Shown here piece by piece: positions 27,473 through 39,860 of a stretch of 64,000 bases of DNA (position 1 is its first letter; the number at the start of each line of letters is the position of its first letter). The DNA comes from Phoronis australis. Its lineage: Eukaryota > Animalia > Phoronida. The DNA lies in contig NMRA01000032.1 in NCBI GenBank assembly GCA_002633005.1, positions 972,911 to 1,036,910 of the forward strand, read 5' to 3'. The notes under the pieces are model-generated. The model did not search any database, was not told the origin of the DNA, and saw only the letters and a program-made list of their open reading frames with translations. The position numbers and the translations under genes are program-made.

Positions 27473-30400
27473 GTAAGTAAAATCTTTTTCAAAACTCTAA
27501 ACAATTAATATATAGCTTGGACTTGTCAGTGTGATCTAGATTGTTTGTACAGGTTAGACTTGTAAACAGTGAATTGTTTGCAAATAGGGGTTTAAAGCTG
27601 TACACTGTGTAATTATTTCCATTTCTATCAGTTCACAAGTGTGTTACTATTGTGACTGAATAGTGTCTTAAAAACTGTATAATGATATTGAAATTATAGG
27701 CATGTCAACTGAAAATTGTGTCTTCATTTTTTCATGATACGGAGATTACATCTTAGATAATCTGTAACCCCGTTGTGATCAATGAAAAAAGGATATCCCT
27801 CTCCTCGATCTCATGGTTGTTAAGTATTGTAACTCAAGTGTCATTGATGATTCATTGTGGTGTTGAGGAGTATGCGAGGTACAATAACCAAATGTCTGAA
27901 ACCCAAACAACTACAAATTAAAGATATATCGTTCTTCATTTAATCTATGATCCATTCACGAGAGTGTTTTTTAGAATGCATTTTCCCTATTTTACGTTAT
28001 TTCGTTTTAAATACAGCTGGGTGCAGAACATTTGAATCTTTCATGCAAACCCACATAGCCTACTCATTCAGTAGAGGTTATGTAGTTATTCAAGACCTTT
28101 TGTTTATCCCACGAATCGATATTTATTTGTTTCCATCCCGTGTAACTTTAGATTTTGCTGCCACTTTGTGTACGGCATTTTGGACGAAAATTATTGCCAA
28201 ATTTCAGTGCTCGGTCATTGTTGAACAAGGACTTTTGACATTGTTGTGAATGCCCGAAATCTTTTCAAATGTTGTGTAAGGATGGCTGTGGTATAGAAGT
28301 TGAACATGGTATTTGAAGCTTTTCATTTGGTGGTACGCACACCCTTCAGTAAAACACAAGGAAACAAAATTTCACTTGTTTGCAATGTTGGAAAGGTTTT
28401 ACCATAGTGGCCTCTGTGGAATATTCATTTGAGGTGCCATTGTGACCCTTGACCTTATTGATATGCATCTAAGCTTAGCAAAAACATTTGCTCAGTTTGT
28501 ATTTAATAATCTTGTTAGTTAATGGGTATAAATCCTGTTTATCCTGGCTCAGTTGTCGTGAAAGGACTTATGAAAGCTCACAGACATCTCACATATGAAC
28601 TGTGAAATTACCTGTATTTTGTTAGTGAAACTGTGCAAGTGACAAAGAAAGAGATATATTAGCCAGACAAACGTTGGGAGGTCATTGTTCAAGCCCCCAT
28701 ATTAAATTTATCTACCTGCTGTTTGTTAAGGTGAGCAAGAGGTCGTGACATTTATGTTGAGCAAGTAGCCGTTATTTTTTAACCTCATGTTTTTGAATAA
28801 TAAATAGGATAAGAGCTTATAAATGTAACTTCTTTCTGGTACTATTTTTGCATGATTTCGGGATAATACGATTTTTTATTAGGAACAGGCACTTAGGTAG
28901 TTAACGTCGTCATATCCTGCAACAGTGAAGCACTTATTGTCCTGAAGGGCACATGATATTCGTAAGTTCTTGTGTTTCAGTTCATATTTCTCGCTACCGA
29001 TTTAGCACAGTCCGTTCCATTTCAATAGTTTTCAATCAAAAGGCTTCATATTTAATGTGAATAGGGCCGTATATATTACACATGAAAAAGTGAGGTGAAT
29101 AAATTTTAAAGGCAAGCTATTCGAACTCCTGTGAAACACAGTCACATAAAAATTCTGTTCCTTGGTGGACTAAAGGAACCTTTATATGTCTGCCTTATTC
29201 AGGTAAAACAGTATAAGTAAAATAAAATGTGAGTTAATGTTTGTACATTATATTTTGTGGATTTGTAACTAAATCAATAAATCATCATTGAACCTCGGCA
29301 AGTTATGTAATGCAGTTTAATTGTTAACGGTTTATTAATTCTAGCGGTAGTAGTAAGTTGCCATTTGTACGGTGGGTTTTTAAGGACTGCTGCCTGTCTA
29401 ACGGTCAGTTCAGGTTGAACTTTATAGGACTGACGTTTTCATAAATCAGAAAAACAGCTGCTTGGGATTCTCATTCAGGTATTGTACATCTGAGTATGAA
29501 TGGTTGAATTTTGGGAAATAGCAAGATTGGGTAGATAGGAATTGAGTATTGCTAGGTGTCTCTCTGTTCAAAACATGGCATTATCTCTGTATTGTTTGCT
29601 ATGAGTCCTTTAATTTACAAAATCCTGAACAGACAATATTAGAATTGCTAATCCACATAAGTAGGCCCATGTTACTGCTGCAGCTGTATAGTGTCATGGT
29701 TCACTGACAAGTCACTGAGTTGCTGGAAGGCTCCTCCATTAAGAAGGCACTTTTCAAAGTAGCACAGGACTTGTTACCAGCTAAACCTTTAGTCTGATAA
29801 TCAATTCAACCTTGATTACCATAACAGATAGTACACCAGTAACATTTTCCATTATGTTAGCTCTTATAAACCTAAGGTAAAATCTCACCAATTGCCAACA
29901 GAAATAATTACCATATTGCACTTTTTCAATTTTCAATGGGTTCTAACGTTGTGAATTTCTTCAATTTCTCACAATATTTTGTTTTGTTATCAATGATACA
30001 GAACTTAGAGTGGTGAGGTTTTACGGTAATCAAAAAATGGGACCATTGGTAGGTAAACATTTCTACTACATGAAAAACATGACAAGCTGGGTGTTGCTCA
30101 CAGGTGTAGTCTTTCCACCAATACTGATATTTCATTATGTTGATATCTGATTATTGTGGAACCAGTTTTAAGGAAAAACATGAAACGAATTTGTGTATTT
30201 TCGCAAATACTCCAAGATAGTTGAAGGAAACGTTTTAGGTAGGGTAGCATTCCACTTGTTGGATTCTGAATGGTAAAGTATTTAACCTGATGGTAAATTT
30301 GCCTGTACACCAGCATAAGTACACTACATTGTGTTGTTCATTCAGTAACAGATGCTGTGCCTTATACAACTGGTCATATTTTCAGATTGGGTCCATCAAC

Positions 30401-30534
30401 TAAAAGATGAAAAATACCTGAGGATGATTTGGCGATGACAGGCTTGACCACCGGAAATTGCATGTGTGAATTAACTCCTGTTGTTACAGTTTCCATGGAA
30501 TGGTAAAGAAGCTTACAGTGACAAGTACTGCATA

Positions 30535-31126
30535 ATGTCTGGGGAAAAACTGGAAGTGCCTCGTTTGGTTGTGGAGGACGTGGACGAGGGGATTGCTCGA
30601 CCCCGCAGGCTTCTTATCTCCCCTGACAGAACAGCCTTGTCAGGGGCTCGGGCATCACCCAGGAGCCCACGTGTGAGTCCTGCTGGATCCTTTAATAATT
30701 TACCTATCGTGGAAGACAAAGACGATCGGATGGCGGCTCGACCTCATAGCCCTTTACCCTCCCGCGACAGAACAGCCTTGTCAGGGGCACGGATATCTCC
30801 CAGGAGTACAGCTATTAGAAGTCCATGCATAAGTCCTGCGGGGTCTTTCGGTAATTTATCAATTGTTGAAGATGATGACGAGCAGGTGGCTCCACCCCAT
30901 AGCCCTCTTCCTTCCCCCGACAGAACAGCCTTGTCAGGGGCTCGGGCATCACCCAGGAGTACACCCAGTAGAAGCCCGTGTATGAGCCCTGCTGGGTCTT
31001 ACAGTAATTTATCTGAAGGTATCATAAGCCCTGGACGCAGACCCTTCGTGAATATACCCCAGGGGGTTATTAGCAGGCCGTACCTGACACGGAAGAAAAT
31101 GAGCATAGCCATACACAATTTAGCAG
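30535..31126 (+). CDS. First coding exon of an unidentified gene; Ser/Pro-rich N-terminus with three internal repeats
   Basis: 197-codon open frame with raised GC, three in-frame repeats and a strong CAG|GTAAGT donor in phase 1. A possible acceptor (ttttcAG) lies at 30385. Confidence 0.8.
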
Positions 31127-34100
31127 GTAAGTAATTTGTGGAGCATGAAGAATATTTTGCGATAAAAAATCCTAAACAAATTCAAGAAATCACAGGCAAC
31201 AGAGTTGATTCATATTGTGTGGTACCTTATTATTCATGTTCCAGTTGTATAGTCGCCTAATTGATCATGACTTCTGTTCACTATCACCTTCTATACAACT
31301 GTATCAATTTTTAACGAACATAACCTGGACAGACCTAAAACACAGCAGTGCTACATCTACCTCTGTCCTTGGGACTTTGTACTGTTGTAAAATGAGAATG
31401 TGAAAAATGATCAGGTTATCAAAACAGTACAGGTGCCACGGAATTTGGAAATTGCCGGGGTGTAACCAGAACACAAAAACAGTTATGAATTCAGGGTCCT
31501 CAAACAGTAGTGGACCCAAAGTGCCCATTTCTCTGCAGCATCATTTCGGAATCGGAACTGTCAAAAAAAGGATGTTGTTCAATGAAACAATGACTTCAAA
31601 ATGGCATGCAACAGTTGCTCAAGTATTTTGTTAGCTAATAATTGAAGACGTGTTTGTATTAATCTTGATTGTGACGATTTTTTCAATGGTCCAGTGTATT
31701 GATGTAATAGCTGTGCCATGTGTGTTGTCCAAGTGTGAGTTATCTGCGTATGGTCAAAACCATTATCAGTGTTGTCACTGCTTCAAACAGATGAGTATGC
31801 TTGTTGCTTTGGCATAAAATAGTTTAAGCTTGATAAGATAAATGATCAAGATGACAACAGAGTGAGGGAACATGAATTGTGGCATCCGTTCCATAGATGC
31901 GAGGAGAAGTTCACATGAAAATGTAAGATCACGCAAGACTTTGCGAAACATAGCCATGTATATGGCCAAAGGATATGACCAAACATTTAACTTTGATTTC
32001 AAGATTCTTGGGTCTACCGAACTCAGCTCTGCAATTTTGTTGGTGGGCGATTTTCAGTTGATTTTTGATGATTTTTCAGTTGTTTACTCGCATTATATGG
32101 CGACTGGTAAAATTTTGTTTCTCAACAAGAAATGACGGTTACGACAAATTTTGGCTAATATTTGTGTAGGTGTTCCTAAAAACATTTGGTAACGTTTCTA
32201 AAGTTATCAGTCTTTGCAAATTATGAAAAGACTATTTTGCCTATTATTTTTGTATAATATAAAAAAAGAAATACTGTTCGCGGCAGATAAAGACGTGTAA
32301 TGTCGACACTTATTTATGATTATTTGAATGTACAGCCTTTAATGGCAGAGGGCACAATTTCATTTTTAAATTGGTCTTCAATACAGGAAAGCCTTCAAAT
32401 CAACAAATAACGTGTGTCTTGGTAAAGCTCCATTGCTACTTAACTATCATTGGTGAACAATGATGCCTCTGAAGCAAAATCAGTTGCCCTGGTGGAATAT
32501 GGGATAACTTTGAAAAAAGTTTCACTAGTGAAGTATTCTTTTTTCACATTGAGCCAACTTCTCTTTCAGCAAAATAAAAAGATACCTTGATAGTACAAGG
32601 TGATGATATTGTAAAAAAATGTTGATGAAATACTTTCCATTAAGCCATATGACTTTGTGCAACCCAAGGAGATGTGAGCTTGTACGACCTCTTTTCAGGT
32701 CATGTGAGGTGTTTTGTTTCATGCATTTGAAATTGCCATGAAAGCCAGTTGAGCTGAAAGCGAAATGCTTTTTCTCGATGAAAAAAATCAATAACGCTAA
32801 CCTGGGAATAAGGTTACATTTATCTCTCGACATGTCTATGAGCAGTGTGGCTTATATTGTATCGGTAGATTATTAAAAGGCCAGCTCATGGACGGTCACG
32901 TGCCTTGTATATGTGAGTGGTAGTAGTGTTTCACGTACTGCCCATTTGCCAGCTCCTGGCTAAGCACTCACTTCCTGATCATATTAAATGCTTATTTTCC
33001 TGCTGCTGACTTCTAAAAGGGAGAGTACAAATTTTGTAGTTTAGGTCAAGATATGCCGTAGACGTAATTTTAATGCTGTGAAATGTGAGTTACCAATTGA
33101 ATTTTCAAAATGTTTGTTAGCTTTGTGTTTACTTCAGTAACTGTATCCATGCAACATTTGATACAATGTTGAGCATCTACAGCAAGTAATAAGTCTGAAA
33201 AATTAAAATGATAACAATTTTATCAATTTTTACATATTATTGTTGATCCAAATAGAAGAATTTTAACCTCACCTCATCAATTGCTAACCGACCCAAACAG
33301 TTATTACTGTCTCAAATTGAAGAATTTTACTTTATTAAGGGGATAAGCAGTTTGAATAAAGTCTTACAAGAAAATGCAGAATTTATTACACTTTTTTTCT
33401 GAATGCTGTCTGACGAATGGTATTGTTTTCATTCTGCACGGTGGGCTTCCACTAATTTGAATTTCAGATTTCGCTGATATTTCAGGACATGATCCTACTC
33501 AGCTTGGATTATTGCTGACTGACGCCAATAAAAATACACTCCATAAAAAGCAGATCTGGGATTGCTGTTGCCTCCTTCACTTCTTTATCATTAAAAGCGT
33601 GACTTAAGTGACTAATTTTACAAAGCCTAATGCAAATAGGAAGATAAAGTCTCACCAGCTTAGGACACAATATTGTGGAAAAGTGAAATAAATTTTTTAT
33701 TTGTTGATAAACGATAAATAACACCAAAAATGCCTTATAATTTTCAAATTCTAAACCATAGCTACCCATCAGACACTATTTTGAGAAGCCTTGGTCATTC
33801 ACAGTAGTATTAGAAGCCTTTGAAAGGTGAATAGACCCTTGAAAAATTCCAAATTTGTCTAGGTTAGGAACGTAATATCTCAGATATGGCTGATTAGATT
33901 CATATGAACGTTTCCTACACTATTCTTTATGCACTGTGTGTACTGTTAGGAAAAGTTTATAAATTTTCCATATTTGCTTGATGGGCTATGAAAAAATAGA
34001 ACATTTGTTCAGTGATTGCTCGTAACCGTTTGTTGAAAGCTTGTTTGAAATACACGAAAAGCTTTGAACGTCTTGGTTTTACTTGTACGTTTGAAGCAAA

Positions 34101-34859
34101 GCTTTTGGTGTGAGCCTTGTGTTCATTTTTTTGTGCAACTCTTTTATGGATTATGGTGAACACATCAACAAGTGTGTTCGTACATTCTGGCAAATTTTAA
34201 GATCATTGTCCTTATCCTTTATCCAGGATGAGGTTTTTACCTTATCCCTATTTGCATACAGATGTCAATGAGTGGGCAGAATACAATTTGACCCTATTCT
34301 AAATTTTGTAAGTATGGACCCTTGTAAAGTTTTAAAAAGTTATGGAGTAGACCATACCTTAAAGGTATTTGGCAAAAATTGACATTTAGCATAAATGTCT
34401 GCGAGTTCATCACAATGTGCACATGAAATGTGAGGGTCTAGGATCAGGCGCATATCAGATTATGCTGAGATAAGATGTATGTCAATTGCCTTGTAGTGTT
34501 TGATAAAGTTGAAAGCCTGTCCAAATGTTACATGTGAAGTGTTGTTGTGGTTTAGCTAGTTATTCATTGGTAACACTGTTGATTTTCAGATTAGTGTTGC
34601 CAAGATCCTTTAGTGTAATAATCACCAAGATTTGATGTGTAGGGGGACTTAGCAATTCTGTGTATAATCTGAAAATCATTCTTTACAACGATTTCAGCAG
34701 ATAAAATGTTTAAAACCGTTTTAGTGAGTACATTTGCTCTATTTGGTTATCGATAGACTTAATTAATTTTTTTAAAAATTGAAATTCACGTTTTCCTCTT
34801 GTTGGTATGATGTTATGAATAAACCAGACTAATGGACAAAAGGAATGGTCTGGTATGTG

Positions 34860-34873
34860 GTGCCACCTATTGG
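34860..34873 (-). promoter_or_regulatory. CTCF-like motif
   Basis: Reverse strand reads CCAATAGGTGGCAC (1 mismatch). Confidence 0.3.
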
Positions 34874-35058
34874 TGAAGTACTGTTGAGGAACTCATAGCA
34901 TGAATAACAACTTGCAGTCTTAGAAAAACATTTTCATAGACTAATAGCTCTTGTTTCAATTCTCTTTTAGCACACTGCACTGAAACTGATGAGAAAGACT
35001 GATAAGGTCATGAGTAAGACAATTTATGCTTTTCATTGGTCTCCATATTAAATGGTAA

Positions 35059-35370
35059 CAGTGGCGGATTTAGGGGGTGGGGGGGGCCCAAGGGGGCCAT
35101 GGCCCCCCCTAAAATTCTACCAGATACCATTTGGGAGTTCGAGTGCGAATTGCTGACTAGCACATGCGCGCAACCAGGGGGGGCTCGGGGGTCGAATAAA
35201 CAATGCATAGGCCTGAACAAACCCCGTATACCGTTTTTTTTTAGTCAACAGGTCCAAAAATTTGAGACTGCTGCATCCCCACGCTTTAGGCTGGGTGAGC
35301 ACGTTTGCCGAAATTTTGGTTATTCCTGTGCCCTGGCCCCCCCTAACTCAAAATCCTGGATGCGCCCCTG
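35059..35370. mobile_element. hAT-like MITE with a perfect 5-bp TSD (GGTAA) and a nested related MITE
   Basis: GGTAA|CAGTGGCGGATTTAGG ... CCTGGATGCGCCCCTG|GGTAA. The inner CATGCGCGCAACCAG ... CTGGGTGAGCACGT (35163-~35305) resembles the 15653 element. Confidence 0.75.
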
Positions 35371-38300
35371 GGTAAAATAAAATGATCTAAAAACAAGCTG
35401 GTTTTCTCTAAGTTTTTAACTTACATTATTAAAAGGCAAATTATAATGAAAAGGCTGTAAGGTCTCTTTATCAAGGGTGTTGTTTACATTGAGTCTTTGG
35501 ATTTTTGAAACTTTGAATAGTAAATGTGTAACTGACTACAGCTGACTGCCAGTAGGGATCACATATATGACTGGCCGAGAATCAAATGCCAGGCCTATGG
35601 TCATGTGTGCAAAGTGTGCAACAAATATTCATGCAGCTGGCAGTTTGCATGTTCATCTTTGTTCCAGATTTATGAAGAATCAGTTGCACAGGGTATTTGA
35701 TATATACCAACTCCTTCATAGTATGACTCTGGAATTTTAGAGATTCCATAATGATAATACCCGGCAATGAAAATAATGAATAATCATTAGCATATGTTAC
35801 AAAGTAATATTAAAGTGCACATTTTTGCATACTTGTAAAATTGAAAATATATTAATGTTTAACAATACTTTCATCCATGAGTGACCTTCGTTAATTACAG
35901 TGTTATGAAAATGCAAACGATTGATTTTTTATTCACCTCTCTTGAAACACTAAGGTAATGTTTGTTTACTCAGGTATGTTATCAAGTGATAACACAATAC
36001 ATGCAGTAATTCAGTGGTTCATATTTGCCCAAGCTGTACATAAAGACCTACTGAATACCTAGCTGTTAGTCTACCAGTAATGAAAATAAATCCTTTGCTG
36101 TGTTATTGGCCCAATGTTTGACAAGCGCTTATCATAGGTAGCCATAGCTGCTCACAAGAGCTTCAATGTTGGCCTCGCTTATAAAATTTACAAGATGTCA
36201 TCCCAGTTTAAAAGAAGGGTCAAGTTTGAAGTGGTTCTTTTTGATATTTCCGTTTGTTTAGTGGTATTTTAAGAAGTGTATTTTTCCTAGCATTTGTTAA
36301 TGTTGACATGTTTATTTTTGCGGAGATGTCTGAATGGCTTTGGCTGTCAACATTGTTGTCAATGCTTATAAAAGGGTAGTTCAATCATAAAAGCCGATTT
36401 TCATGTATTGATTAAGCAGTCCTTAATTGTGTTACCTGAATTTTGTACCACAGCTTCAATAGGGTTGTTAGATTTCTTTTCTGACAAGTTGAGCGTTGTT
36501 CATTTAATGCACCATTTGCGGTTAAGAATCTCTAGATGATAGTTAAAGGTGACAAGTATAGAATTATAGTTGATTGATAGTTTGATATTCCATTACTTGG
36601 CTGATCTGCCGAGTACTTCTAGTCAGTGTCCCTGTGCTTCTGAGGGGATATCAAATGACTACAATTATCATAACTTTACAGGTATTTCATTATGCGAAAA
36701 AGTCCATTATCCACAGTCTACAAATTGCTATTTGAACTTGCAGACTGTTTGCTAAGCTTGGCTGTCTCAAACACAAAGTGGATTGAGGTACTGAGGAAAT
36801 CTCATCTAATGTAAATGCTGCTATGTTGGAAAAGGTGTTACTGAGTTGTAGGTATTGGGTACTTCTTATTGGTACATAGTAAGGTGGACACAAGGTATCT
36901 GAATACCTTAGATATTGCAAGTGATAGGTGATAATAGCTTGCAGTTGGGGGAATTGTGGTAAACCTTGTTTGTATGCCATTCAAAGCCTGACTGGATTTG
37001 TGTATTGGAGTCAATGGACAGTGAAATGAACAATCTAAGCTGTATATTTCTTTGATATTGTCATTGTTGTGCTAAGTACTGTTATGTAGTGTTGAGGCTG
37101 TAGGGGGTTGTAGGTTTGTGTTCGTGTTACAGGTAGTGTAAATGTTCATCTTTGGGTGCTATCAGGCGCTTTACCTGTTAGATAGGTGTAGTTTGCATAG
37201 GACACTCTAGTAAGTTTTTGGCAGAAATGATTTATCAGTTTAACACCAGGGTTAGTTGGATGTTGGCATTGTAAGCTTACGGTGATTTGAGCATTTCTGG
37301 ACAGGCGTGAGTTGCATATAGTGTGAGTCTTGTTGGTTGTACAGCTTCTGAGTTGATTAGCTAGTCTGCAGTAATCTCTTGCATTATACGCGTTATGTCA
37401 TTTTAGAATCACACACGTAACATTTACACACATTGCAATGTTTTGAAGACTCAGTTAATGCGAAGAGTTTAGCTCCTAATCTTTCTAATATTGCAATGTA
37501 TGTCACCTATGTGATTGAACGTTTTACTCGAATGGATCTATATTTTGAAGTAATTATTTTAGTTTAAATTTGCCGTATTTATACTGACTTTGGTTTCATG
37601 ACCTTCAATGCAATGTTTTGTGACAAAAAGTGCCTGGTAATCAAAGCTGTGTCATAAGAAGACACCCGTTATCTGACCAATAAACAGATTATGACTGCAT
37701 CGTTTGATAAGACATTTGAAGAGCCTTCCTAACTTAACACTGAGCATACGAGGTATAGTATGTAGCTCACTTGTGTGCACAGGTGTTTGTGAATTTTGTT
37801 GTAGCCGCTTCATAGTTGTAGAATGTGATATTGCAAGCAGTATAGGTATACTTACTTGTAGAAATCGATATTTCTGCTAGAAATACGGTAGCTCAGCTGT
37901 CATGGGCTTTGTGAGTAATTCCCTCATCTTTGCAGGAGGTGTGAAGTAGGTTAAAGGTTATGTTAAGGTTATGACAGGCATTGGTAGATAGTCACGGCTT
38001 GGGGTGTCAGGCAGAATTTTTCTTTATGCTCATCATAGCCATTCCAACATAGTCTATACTTTGTTTTTGCCAACTTTTACACCCAGCATTACATTTAGAT
38101 GGAAAGACTTAAGATTCAGTCACGGGGGGTGGGCATTGAACCAAGGATGGATACAGTAATCACCAGGATAGTTGTCAGTGCAATCTCAAAAACAGGAAAA
38201 AATGTTAGGGGACCGGCTAAGCATTGTACAATTTGGGCAAAGTTGCCAGATATAAGATTGGGAGGGATGCTTTGAGACTGTTAGAATTTGGTATGACAGG

Positions 38301-39796
38301 ATTTTAACTTGTAGATGGATGTACGGTTGGCCAAAACATGGGTACTTTGAGAAATGGAGAAGCCTTGATATTGGATTTTAAACAAAACGCGACCACCAGA
38401 AAGTGGAAACGACTTCAAAATTTGGCTGTGGTCACGTAGCCAAACATGGCATTAACCCTGATGACTGTGGTAATGGTGAACTGGCAGAACTGCATATTCT
38501 ATTGTTAACTATAAATTAGTTTGCTGAATGGATCCTGAGATACCTGGATTAAAAATAAAATTCTATTACTGATGTATTGATTTGCTGAATGTTTTATATG
38601 AAGTACAATGCCTCAATGGATTTTTCTTTAGAATAGTTGAGATTAGTCGTGGTCCATTCAGCCTGCATTACTTATTGAATGTCAACATGATTATATTGAT
38701 GGGTTGCAGGTTATTTATGTTATGAGACGAAAACGTGTTGCTGTAGGTAAATGAAATATTAATTTATTTAAGTTTGCGTGTTTCGCCTTTTGTTTCTATT
38801 GCCAGTCCCGCTTATATGAAGCTCTACAACACCAAATGCCACTTTTAGCAAGAAGCACTTTATTTAGTATGTCTATGCACATTTTATTGATGATATATAT
38901 TTATTGTAACTGACTAGATGTGAAGCATTTTTGTGTTCTTAGAATTATGATGTAATTCCAGGCACTGAAAAATTTTTGATTTTCCTGAAACTGACTTGTC
39001 ATGCCTATTTTTGATATTAGTGAGTTATTTGTAAATGGCAAAATTTGAGATTATATAGTACCTAATGTAATTTGATCATGGATATGTTTTCCTTGTTAAA
39101 ACCTTTTAATTACAAACTGCGAAATATCTCCTTTCAGTGTTCCAAATTGAAGAGATATTCATGAATTAAGGACATTTGACACATTCCATAATATCTACCA
39201 TTTCAGATCGCGAGAGTCGCGTTTTGTATGATCAAGTGAGACAGCAGTAAACTTTGCAAAAATGCCCACTTAAAACAGTAAAACAGTGATTTAAACACTG
39301 TACGCATCACCATGTGAAACACAGTAACAGTGAACGTCAATTAATCTAGTCATTTAGCAGCGACTGAGCAAAGCAATTCAAGTGGGTCTATTTTCAACAT
39401 TCATGATTATAGACGTTGATTCACCGTTCATTCACCTTGGTGTGGGATAAATGTTTACATCAACAGCTATTGTCTATGAATAGTGAACGCTTGCTATAGC
39501 ATGCCATACAAGCTATGCCTGACATATTGCCCATTGGTGGAACACTGCAAAACATTACAATGACATTCTGTTTTACACGCGAACCCTTCAATTTCGATGA
39601 TAACCCAGCACACCTGGATAATGTTAGTAGACAGGAATTATTCAGGAGCGTCATGTCATATTAATAAGTGATTTATTACTCGACTGACAATGGTGTGAAT
39701 GGATTGGATTGGATTGTGGATTTTTTGTACGCCATGTGAAGACAGAGGCGTTAAAGATGAAGATGGTTGATTAAGCTTAACAAAGAAGACCCCAGA

Positions 39797-39860
39797 ATGC
39801 CAGACATTGTCTGCTATCATGGACGATACTATTCTGTATTAGACCGGGACTACTTACCAG
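39797..39860 (+). CDS. Putative alternative first coding exon (MPDIVCYHGRYYSVLDRDYLP)
   Basis: ATG to CAG|GTAAGA, 64 nt, phase 1 like the other candidates. Confidence 0.5.

Noticed and set aside
35036-35380. 114-aa Gly/Pro-rich ORF
   Set aside because: Arises from the G/C runs of the MITE and coincides with its boundaries.
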